A stretch of DNA of 64,000 bases from NCBI RefSeq assembly GCF_009914755.1, contig NC_060932.1. One strand, written 5' to 3'. The notes under the pieces are model-generated. The model made no database searches, was not told where the DNA came from, and saw nothing but the letters and a program-made list of their open reading frames with translations. This document shows, in pieces, positions 23,441 through 34,000 of the stretch (position 1 is its first letter; every line of letters starts with the position of its first letter). The DNA is from the human T2T-CHM13v2.0 reference genome, Homo sapiens. A program made the position numbers and the translations under genes.

Positions 23441-25162
23441 CCACCCTGTGAATCGGAGCCTCAGAGCCTTAGGTCACTGGGGTCACAGCATGTGTCCTGT
23501 GCCCACCACCTTCGCTCAGCATGGGGTCTCCCCAAGGGGCTCTGGCGAGGGGCGGGCATCCTTCTGGCTGGGCAGGTGGAGGGGCCCCTCACCCAGGAAG
23601 GGTGGCGGAAGCCAGAGAGGCCCTGAGGGTGAGGGTTTGAGGGCGGATGTGTGGGGGTGGGGCCGCAGTAACTACAGGCCAGCAGCAAATGGACAGCTCA
23701 CAGCGGCCGGCAGAGAGCATTTTTAATGGTCCCTAAAGCCCTCAGCCAGCCAGCGCTGAGCTCAGCATCCCCTCGGTGAGCCTGGGAGGGGCGTGAGGCA
23801 GCCCGAGACCACCTCAGATATCTCCCACTGCCGCCTCTTCCCTGCCAGGACCCCCAGAACCCACCCAAGAACTCAGGGGCAGGGGACAGAGCCCTGCGGG
23901 TCCCCAGACCCCGGTGTTGATCGTTCCATGCTGGGCCGGAACTGCCCTGCCCTTGGGGACTCTGCAGGGATATTCGGAAGCTCCGCCAGCACCCCCGCCC
24001 TATTCGTCACAGGGCCCATTAGGTGCTGACAGTTGCTTCCCCATCTGCCTGGCTGGGGCGGGGCCAAGGCCCCAGGGGCCCATCCATCTTGGACCCTGGG
24101 GTCTTCCTCTTCCTCCTTGGTCTGGGCTGGAGGCCTCTGAGGGTGGCCTCCCCCAACCCAGACTCCGGGGTGGGGGCAGGCGTCTTCCGAGAAGGACAGC
24201 AGGGAGGAAGTGTGGGAGGAGGCGGCTCCCTGGCCAATAGGGCAGCGCAAGGCAGTCCCAGCACCATCACAGTCCAACCCTGGGGGCACCAGAACCCGGG
24301 GACTCCTGCTTGGGCTGGGGGAGCCTGGAGCTGATTTGTTAGCTCTCCCACCCCAACCAAGCTCATTCAGCTGGGGCTTTGGGCCTCAGCTTCCTATCAC
24401 CTGGGCGGGAGGGTTCGTGGGAGGCCAGCTAGGCTCCAGGCAGCCCAGACAGGGTCCAGCCACCGGCCTTGTGGGACTGGGTGCCAGGTGTGGGGGAGGG
24501 AGCCAGCAGCTCCCCGGGGTTCCCCTTGGTTCAGCACCCAGGCCCAGCTGTGGGTACTGGGAGCCCAGGGCTTCTAGGAGCCTCCTCTGGGCCTGTGGGG
24601 AGGGTCTGGCAGTTTCTTCACTCTTCCCAGAGGGTGTGGGCAGGCCTTGGGTGCAAGAGATAGCCTGGCCCGGCACTGCAGCTGCCCTGGGGTCAGGACT
24701 GCCTGGCAGGCTGTGGTTTATTTATATGACCAGCTTATTTATTTATAGGGTTCTTGATGGGAGGTGCGGGCCCTGGCCTGCACCCCAGAGATATGCAAGC
24801 CCCACCGCAGAGGGGCAAGGGCGTACCCCTGGGCCATAGCCAATGCCCACTACTCCTCCGGGAGGCAGTCCTCAATTGCACACTCCCCTCCCGAACCCAC
24901 CTCCTCCCTCGGTGGGGAAGCAGAGGCCACAGAGGTGAGCGTCACTGGAGGCGTGCCAGGACACAGCGCAGGACACAATGATGACATCAGTCTGATGTCA
25001 CCACCTCTATTGAGCCCTGGCTCCAGGCTGCCCCCCTGTGATCCTGCTGGCTGTGGCTCCGTGAGGGTTGGGGGTGTCAGGGGCACTGGAGCTGGGCAGG
25101 GCTGAGGCAGTATGGACCCAGCCAAGCTCTGGGGCCACCAGACTCCCCTCCTGCCTTTCACA

Positions 25163-25359
25163 CAGGGTGTCCAGATAAAATTCAGTACACCCAGGTACTT
25201 GTGAATTTTAGACAAGCAATGAATTTTTTTTTAAGTATAAGTATATCCCAAACAGTGCATGGGATATACTTAGACTAAAATGGTTTTGTTGTTTTTTTAA
25301 TCAGAAATCTAAATGTAACTCCGCACCCTGGATTTTTGTTTGCTAAACCTGGCTGCCCT
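25163..25359. mobile_element. MER53-like palindromic hAT MITE
   Basis: cagggtgtccagataaaat...cctggctgccct termini; central 13-bp perfect inverted repeat taagtatatccca / tgggatatactta. Confidence 0.85.
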
Positions 25360-26790
25360 CCTGGCACTGGGCAAACACCTGCCCAGGAGCCCCCAGAGGA
25401 GAGAAAGACCTCGCCTTGGCAGGGGTGTGTCCCGGGAGGCTGGGACAGGCTGGCCACCCACACATCACTGTCCTTGCCCTGTTTCCTCTGTACTTCAACT
25501 TCCCACTTGCCCTGTGCCCCCACCCCTGAGGCCCGGATTAATTTGGGAAGGACAATGTTTATATTAACCATTCATTTATCGACGTCTGCTTGCTGGGTCA
25601 ATGGCCAAATTTATTGTCTCACAAGATGGGCCGCGTCGAGCCGCGTGCAGCCTTCACCCTCCCCTGCCAGCCGGGGCAGTCGGCCGCTGTCAATACGCAG
25701 ACCGCTGACCTTGGGCCTGCAGTCTGCTGGGGGCTGGGATCTCCCGGAGAGGCTTCTGGAGCAGGAAAGGGGTGGGCAGTGGGGTTCACCCCTGCATCAC
25801 CCCGTTGCTGGGCTCAAGGGCCCACACTCACCCCCACAGCCAGGGGGGCACTGACACAGGCTGAGGGTTGGGCCCAGGCAGGGGGAGGGTACAAGCCCTA
25901 GAAGAGAGGCCCCTGGGGACCCCGGGCCACACCCCACTGAGCACCTGCTAACGGCCGGCTCGGGCTGCCAGTCTGATGGGGGAGGCAGTCACCAGATGGC
26001 CCCATGAAAGACGGTTTCGTGGGCTGAGGAAAGGAGACTCTGGGGGTCCCAGGCTCCTGAGGAGACACCATATTGGACCCCACCGGGGGGGCATCTGGAG
26101 CAGGGAGGGGCAGAGAAGCCTGGGGAGGGGACAGAAAACCTGGGGGCTGGCTGCCCCCCCCACCCCTGGTCACCGGGCTGTCATCGGGGCAGAGAGGAGC
26201 ACTAAGGACCTGCGATGGGGTGGGCACAGGTCTTGGGACACCTGTGCCTGCATGCCGGCCTCACAGGCTGGCTGAGGGCGGGAGGGGTGGGAGTGTGCCA
26301 GGCCCCCTCCAGCCCTGGGGCATAGTCCATGGGGGCCTTGTTCTCCCTCTGTCTCACGACATCCTCCACACCACTCCACACCCCTCTCCAGGAAAGACCC
26401 TGAACCCCAACTCCCAGGAGTCCCTTGAACCCTCATAACCTCAACAGACACACTTGGGAATGCTCCTCAGAGGAGCAGCTCGGGCACCCCAAGCTGAGGC
26501 CCGTGCCCACCTGGGCTGCGCCCAGACTCCGGTCTTGAACCTCTGGGCTCTCCTGCTCTTGGACAGCTCAGTGCATTCATTCAGCAGTGGGCCCTGCTGA
26601 GCGTCCCCCAAGCGCAGGGCCCTGAGGAACAGCTGTGACCCAGTGGACTAAGACCCCTGCCCTCCAGGGCCTGGGTGTGCAGCTGGGTGGGGGCGGGTCC
26701 AGCCACAGCATCCATCGGCAAGGGGGGAGGGGCTTGCAGGCAAGGTGGGGACCTGCAAGGGCATGGTATGCGCGCTGGGTCTGTGGCCCC

Positions 26791-26928
26791 CTGTGCAGGG
26801 GTGAGTGGCTGCAGGGCCGAGAGGAGGCTGTGCAGGGGTGAGAGGAGGCTGTGCAGGGGTGAGAGGAGGCTGTGCAGGGGCGAGAGGAGTCTGTGCAGGG
26901 TGAGTGGAGGCTGTGCAGGGGTGAGAGG
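26791..26928. repeat. 21-bp minisatellite GAGGAGGCTGTGCAGGGGTGA, ~5-6 copies
   Basis: Units at 26821, 26842 and 26863 plus degenerate flanking copies. Confidence 0.9.
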
Positions 26929-27659
26929 GCATGCCAGTCCTGTGGGAGGTGGGAAAAGGGGGTCCAGGGTGAGCAGCGGGCTCGAGATGGGGGTGTCTGC
27001 TGGAGCCTCTTCCCAGCTGCCCAGTGCGTAGACCTCAGGGACACCTTGCCAGCCTCCCCTCCCCGGCCTTCCCTCCACACCCCAGGCTGTGCTGCACCCT
27101 ACGGCCACCAGACGGCGTGCAGAGCCCAGCAGGCATACAAGGCCTGGCGGGTGGAAAGGGGGCCTGGCCAATGGGCTCATTTGTTGGCCGGAGCAGGCAG
27201 TCAATGGCCTGGGACAGCAGAGGTGCTGATTAAGATGCCACACTTGAGTTAGAACCTCCTGCCAGCGGTGATGAGCAATTGATCAGCTTGTCAGGGGAGG
27301 TGGCCCAGAGATGGGGAGGGGAGTGGAGGGGAAGGGAGGGCAGAGGGGAGGGGAGGGGAGGGCAGAGGGGAGGGGAGGGGAGGCAGGGTGGGAGAAACAG
27401 GGCGGTGTGGGGGAGAGCGATGAGAAGACACAGGTAGATGAAGAGAGACAGAGACAAAGGAGAGGCATATCCAGCGAGCTCTTGCCCACAGCCCAAGCGT
27501 CATCCCACCTGTGACCCAGGGCTGGGAGGAGGGTTGGAGACCCTCGGGACAGGTGGATCCCAGCCCCTCAGCACCCCCTTCCCGGCATCCCCCCCAGTGG
27601 GCGGGGCATCCTGGCTTGCAAGTCTTTCTGCTGTTTCCATTTGTATGTAGAATTTATAG

Positions 27660-28350
27660 ACTTTTTTGTTGAGCATTTTAAAATTTACAGAAAAGTAAGC
27701 AGAAAGTGCAGAGCCGCGGGCCTTGCCCTCGACCTGCCCCCGCTCCCCGCTTAGCCCCACAGTGCTCCGTTTGGCATCACTGATCAGCCGCAGGGCTCGC
27801 CCGAAGTCTGCACTGACACCGGGGCTCACCCCAGGTGTGCCACGTGGGTTCTGGTGCACACTGCTGTTTCCACCGTCGTGGCACCACACGGAGGGGCGTC
27901 ACCACCCTCAGCACCCCTGCCGCGCCCCCAGCTCTCCTTCTCCCGACCTTGGCAGCCGCAGACTCTTCCTTTCCCTGTGGTTTTGCCTTTCCCAGAGTGC
28001 CTTCTGGTGGGACTCACAGCATGTGGCCCTTTCAGAGGGCGTCTTTCCCTTAGAAATGTGCCTCGAAGGCTCCTGCTGGTCTTTCCGGGCTGGAGAGCTC
28101 CTTCCCTGTGGTGCTGAGTAACATCCCCCTGTCTGGAGGTTTGGGGCTGATCTCCCAACCCCGCTCCAGGCTTGGCTCTGAAGAACAGAGCTGCCTTGAC
28201 ATCCGCATGGGGGTTGGTCAGTTTCTGCTCATCTGGGTGAACACTGAGAGTCCGCTCCCAGACCCCGTGTGGTGAGAGTGTGCTGAGTGTCCTAAGCTGT
28301 GCCCAGCTGTCCTGCCGAGGCTGCCCCATCTGCACGGCCACTGCCATCGG
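27660..28350 (-). mobile_element. L1MC-like 3' region, strongly GC-shifted
   Basis: Colinear blocks: aaaatttacagaaaag, ttttgcctttcccagagtg, cagcatgtggccctttcag, gctgagtaacatcccc, tctgggtgaacac. Confidence 0.7.
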
Positions 28351-28774
28351 TGCCTCTTGCCACTCCCGCCTTCTCTCTGTGCTTCTCCGTTGCCGGCCTC
28401 ACAGCGTTCTCCTTTCAGCTTCAGATGTTCGCCCTTGCCTGCCTTCCACAGAACAGGAATCTCCTGCCCCTGACCCCAGCTGCCTCTTGCTTGTCATCAC
28501 CAGCTGTGGTCACAGCCGCGGGTCTGGTTGGTCACCCTGGACAGCGTAGATACAGTGTAGATACTGCCCACAGTCATGGTGGCCTGAGGGCTGCACTGTC
28601 CTGAAGTCAGGCGTGCACTCTCTATCTCTGTCTCGCTCTGTCTCTTTCTCTCCCTCTCTCTCCATTCATGTCTCCACCCCCACCCCATCTCTCTCCTGCT
28701 CACTCACCCCTCTCTGTCCTGGCCTGCACATGGCCTGTCCCCACACTGAGTGTCAACAGCATGATTTCAGGACC

Positions 28775-29112
28775 TTTTGTTTTGGTTTGTTTTTGAGACA
28801 GGGTCTCGCTCTGTCGCCCAGGCTGGACTGCCATGGTGCAATCGCAGCTCCCTGCAGCCTTGACCTCCTGGGACTCCAGCGATCCTCAAGCAGGTGGGAG
28901 GTTCTGGGGGTGCCCCCTCTCCACCCCTGGGGCAGAGATCACCTTTCAGTCTCGGTCGGCCCCCACCTCAGCTTCCGGAGTAGCTGGGACTACAGGCTAG
29001 TGCCACCACACCAAACTAATTTTTAAATTTTGTGTAGAGGCAGGGTCTCACTAGGTTGACCAGTTTGGTCTCGAACTCCCCAAAGGCTCCTGCTAACTCA
29101 GCCTCCCAAGGT
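28775..29112 (-). mobile_element. AluJ-like element interrupted by a ~74-bp non-Alu segment
   Basis: Alu consensus breaks at gatcctc (28887) and resumes at ccacctcagc (~28962). Confidence 0.85.
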
Positions 29113-29243
29113 GAACTTCGGGCCCGTCTCTCTCCAGTATGTCCGTCATTCTGGGATGACACAGTCACTGCCCTGTGGCAGCTTCCCTGGGCTTTTCCTG
29201 GAACCCTCATCTTCTTCCTTCCTGGTTTTCTCTCCCATTTCTA

Positions 29244-29569
<326 letters not shown>

Positions 29570-29798
29570 AGAAAGAGGAAAGAAAGAAAGAGAGAGAGAA
29601 AGAGAGAAAGAAAGAAGAAAAGAAAGAAAGAAAGAGAAAGAAGGGAGAGAAGGAAGGAAGGAAGGAAGGGAGGGAAAGAAAGAAAGAAAAGAAGGAAAGA
29701 AAGAAAAAGAAAGAAAGAAAGAAAGAGAGAGAAAGGGAAAGGAAGGAAGGAAGGAAGGAAGGAAGGAAAGAAAGAAAGAGCGAAAGAGAAGGAAAAAC
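29570..29798. repeat. Polypurine GAAA/GGAA/GA microsatellite
   Basis: Almost pure A/G; (GGAA)7 at 29741-29768. Confidence 0.95.
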
Positions 29799-30993
29799 AA
29801 AGGGAACATGGTCGGCAGACCTCCCAGCCTTTGCCCACCCTGAAGCATCCTTCTCCAATCCCCATGGCAGCGGGTGGCCCGGCAGCAATCCCGGGCATGG
29901 AAACTGATTGTGAAGAGGCTGTTCGTCGGTGGTCTTGCTCCTGGGGAGGGCCCCGCCTTTCTGATGTCCTACTTTGTGTGGGACCTGCTCCTCCAGCCCC
30001 CGAGCCTTTAGGTGCCCACAGTCCTCAGGGCTGTGAAGTTCATGCTGACATGTAGGTCACCAAGTGTCAAAGGAGGTGCCCACAACCCAGAGCGGGGGAT
30101 GTGTCACTGTCGTTGGCAGGGCCTGGCTGGTCCTGTGCAATCCTTGGTGCTCCGGGGACAGCTGTGTGCACCCTGGGACCCTCCCAGGGAAGCTCCCACC
30201 TCTTCATCTGGTGGAGGGTCCTGCCGCAGGGTCCCCATCCCCAGACAGTTCATCCCAGAGCTGCCCCACCCATGCCCATCCCCCACCTCAGTCACAGCCT
30301 GATTTGGCAGCCACGGGAGTCCAGGTCCAGGCTGGCACCTGGCTGGATACCCAGGCAGGTCCTGGGGGGAACCCCTGGTTATCAGAGGAGAGGCTGGGGC
30401 AGGCGGGAGGCTCTGGGGTTGCCCCCCACCCCCCGGGCTGAGGTCACCTTCCAATCTTGGTTGGCTGCATTTTTTCGTGGTCCGGCAGAGTGGCCTGAAA
30501 CCCAACCCCAAGGCTCCAGTTCCCTCTGGCAGGGCCGGGAGGGCTGGGCTGACTGGGGATGCCTTCCCCACACCCCAAGGAGCCCTGTGGGTGGTGGGGT
30601 GTACAAGTCAGAGACAATTAGAGAGGGGTGACTTTGCCTCTGCCACCCAGCTGGGGCCCTGACCTCTCCAGCCCCTGTGTCCCTGCTATTCGGTCCCCTG
30701 GCTCGGCTGGTCTCTGGCCTCTCTGACTGGCTGTGGGTCCCTGCAGGGTTACGTCAGATGCCACCTCCACCAGGAAGCCCTCCCTCTCGCTGCTGCCCCT
30801 ACGCTTCCTGCAGGCCCTGGTGATCCAGCCACGTGGTCAGCTGGGCCCCCGCACATCCCTCCCAGAAGTCTGTGGGCTTCTACCCCCACCCTGCCTGCTG
30901 CTCCTGCTGGGGAATCCCCTGTCAGCGAGGGAGGCGTGCCCTGCCTTCCCCAGTAAGATCCCACTCCTTTCTTGTCCCATCCTGCACGCCTGA

Positions 30994-31238
30994 CCTGATG
31001 CCAGGTGTCCGACCTGATGCCAGGTGTCCAGCCTGATGCCAGGTGTCCAACCTGATGCCAGGTGTCCGGCCTGATGCCAGGTGTCCAACCTGATGCCAGG
31101 TGTCCGACCTGATGCCAGGTGTGCAGCCTGATGCCAGGTGTCCAACCTGATGCCAGGTGTCCAACCTGATGCCAGGTGTCCGGCCTGATGCCAGGTGTCC
31201 GACCTGATGCCAGGTGTCCGGCCTGATGCCAGGTGTCC
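30994..31238. repeat. 19-bp minisatellite CCTGATGCCAGGTGTCCRR, 13 copies
   Basis: Exact 19-bp period from 30994 to 31222. Confidence 0.97.
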
Positions 31239-33149
31239 CCTTGGAGCAAATGGCAGTGTTGCAGGTGTTTGTTTGTAAAATTGCAGCTCCTCGGCTGGGC
31301 TGGGCCTCGGAATCCCAAGGGCAGGGATCTGCCCCGGGGTAGCTCCTGGTGTCCCTGCCCCTGACAGCAGGGGAGGGGGCTTGCAGGGAGCCTGTCCCTG
31401 GACTCCTCCCGAGGACCCCTCACTGGGACCCTGACAGAACTAGAGTCTTGGAAGGGGCTCAGGAACCTGCAGCTGAGAAGCCCCTGCTGCCCTCCGCCTC
31501 CCTCCGTGGCTGCCCGGTCTCAGCCTCGAGTCCCCCCACCCCTAAGAAAATTAGCTATCTGTGACCAATACATTCCACTTTGCTCAAAAGTATTTGACTG
31601 GGGAAACCATGAGCAAAGAATTTCATCGCTTTAAAAAAACACATTGAGTGCTGGCTGGAATCAAATTCTTTTAATTTTAATCAAGTGTATTGGCCCGAGG
31701 GGTTTCTAGGAGAAAGCCCCACCCACTCCTAGCACCCCCGTCCTCAGGAGGCCCCTGCCCGGCCTCCACCTCCAGCTGTTTGCCTCCAGGCAGGACTGTG
31801 CCAGCTCCCAGCTCACTCTCTCTGCCAGCCTGGGCTCCCAAGGCAGATCTGATGTGTCCCTATCACAGCCCAGGGGGGCAGGACGCCTGGCTCAGCGCAG
31901 ATGCAGGCTGAAATCCCAAGGCCTGCAGGCCCTTCTGCAGCCACACCCCAGGGACCTCAGCCTCCTGACCGCTCCTGCTTGCCAGCCGCCAAGACAGCTG
32001 CACCCCAGCCCTTACTCCCTCAACTCCCTGGCCCTGCGTGGCCCCGGCCAGCCTGAGTGCTTTCCACTTCACGCTGCCCATGCCACCATCTCCTCTTCCA
32101 AGGACTGGGGCGATGTGCCCCTGTGGGCTCCCACCCCCACCTCTACCCACAGCACGCGGCCTGGTGAGACGTGAGGCTCAAGGCCTCCCACAGCAGCCAG
32201 GAGGGAGGGCTGGGGCCCCTCCCCTTCAGCCAGGGGACCTGGTAGGCTGGCCTGGCCTCCCCCGCAGGACCCGGGTGGAAGGGAACTCTGCCCAGGGCGT
32301 GCTCCCCACAGTGGTCCTCAGGGACAGTGGAGGAGGCCGCCTTCTCACAGGCTTCCTCTTCAACCCCAGGCAGCCTCAGCTATTCCCAAGAGGCTCTCCT
32401 GGGTCCGCATCCAAAAGCTTCCTCAGCCCACAACCCCTGGAGAAGGCAGAGGTAGGAGGGAAGGCTGGAGGACCCCTGCTCTGCACAACCAAGCTCTGCC
32501 CTGCCTGCCTCAGGCTGGCCTGGGCACTGATGCCACTCAGAGCCGAGGACATCAGGGCCTGGAATCTCCGCCTGGTAGGTCATGCCCCTTCCTGGTAAGG
32601 GGACCAGGGGTGATCACACACCCGAGTGGGGCTGGCCACCACCCCAGGGGCAAAGCCACTGTCCCGGGTCTCCCGCCCTGTGCCGGGCCCCACTGCAGCC
32701 ATGCACGAGCTGCCTGTGCCCCCCACGCCCCATCACAGGCTCTGCTGCTGGCCGGGCAGAAACTAAGAGGGGCCCTGGGGTCCTGGCACCCACAGCCTGA
32801 GGGGAAGGCCGGTACCAGCCCGGCCCACAGGGTGGAATCAGGGTGCTGGTCCCTCGCTGAGTGAGGGGTCCTCCCCGAAAGACTGCCTGACTCAGGCCCA
32901 GTCTACCAGGCTGTGCCACTGACCCTCCCCAGGGACCCGTCTAGGCGGCAGGGACTCCCCAGGCCCAACCCAAGCCATCTTTCCCTGCGGGGCGTCGTCC
33001 TGCTGGGTGCTCAGTTGGCGTCTCCCTGGCGAGGGGCCCCAGGACTCTTGACAAGGAGAGCTCAGTGGCTGGTGGTTCAGGCATGAGGGTGTCCGTTGGG
33101 GGCAGGCCTTCTCACCCTCTCAGGAGGTCCCAGGCTTCTCACCCTGTGC

Positions 33150-34000
33150 CCGCATTTCTCGCTTCTGCTCTCGCCTCCCCCTCGCCCACCCTCGCTGTTG
33201 TCCCCCTTGTACCCCGCAGGAGCAGACCCCGCGCACGTGCACTGGCCGCCCGGGGACCCCTAGCCGGGCAACTGCGGGGAGACAGCTGTGCCCGCGCGCG
33301 GTACCCCCGCCCCACCCTCCAGGTCGGGGCAGCCCCGGGCACCGACGGTGGCAGTCGGCGTGTCACCTCTCCTGCCATCCGCAGGGCGCAGCGGGCACGT
33401 GGCCCCTCCAGATAAGCAGAGCCCGGGGCCCCAACTCGCTTCCTCATGGCGGGCGGGGGGCAGCCCCAGGCGGCGCCATCTGACGCCCCCGCCCTGCGCG
33501 CTCCTACCCCCCACGTCCGCTGCCGTCTGTCGGTCGTGGAGCCGCGCTAGGCCACGGGGTCCCGGCCAGACGGGAGCGCCAGCCCCTCCCCCTGTCCCGA
33601 TGTCCCCAAACCCAGGCTCAGCCCCTCCCTCCCCGACCCGATGACACCCCTGGGTCCTAGAATGCTGCTGGGGGCGGGAGACCGGAGAAGAAGCAGGTGC
33701 ACGGGGAGGTGGGTGTCCTGCCCTCTGCGAGGAGCCCACCCCCTGGACCTTCTCCTAGCGCTAAGATCGGGTTCAAGCACCAAACCCGTCCCGCCTCGCC
33801 CAGGTCCCCGGCCGGTCCCCGCCCTGCCCCTTCCCTGCCACGGCCCCTGCCCCGATCTGCCCCGCCCCTTCCGGCTCCGCCCCTCCGGCCTCGGCCCCGC
33901 CCCTTCCCGGTCCCGTCCCTCCGACATCGGCCCCACCCATTCCCCGCCCACCCTTTCCCTTCCCGGCCCCTGCCCCGCCCTGTCGTGTCCGCCTCTGCAC
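33150..34000. promoter_or_regulatory. Orphan CpG island with GC-box cluster
   Basis: High CpG density; about six CCCCGCCC/CTCCGCCC boxes at 33815-33980. Confidence 0.7.

Noticed and set aside
30994-31238. CRISPR-like periodicity (also 52772-53005 and 15610-16648)
   Set aside because: Head-to-tail units without unique spacers, no cas genes, human DNA: these are minisatellites
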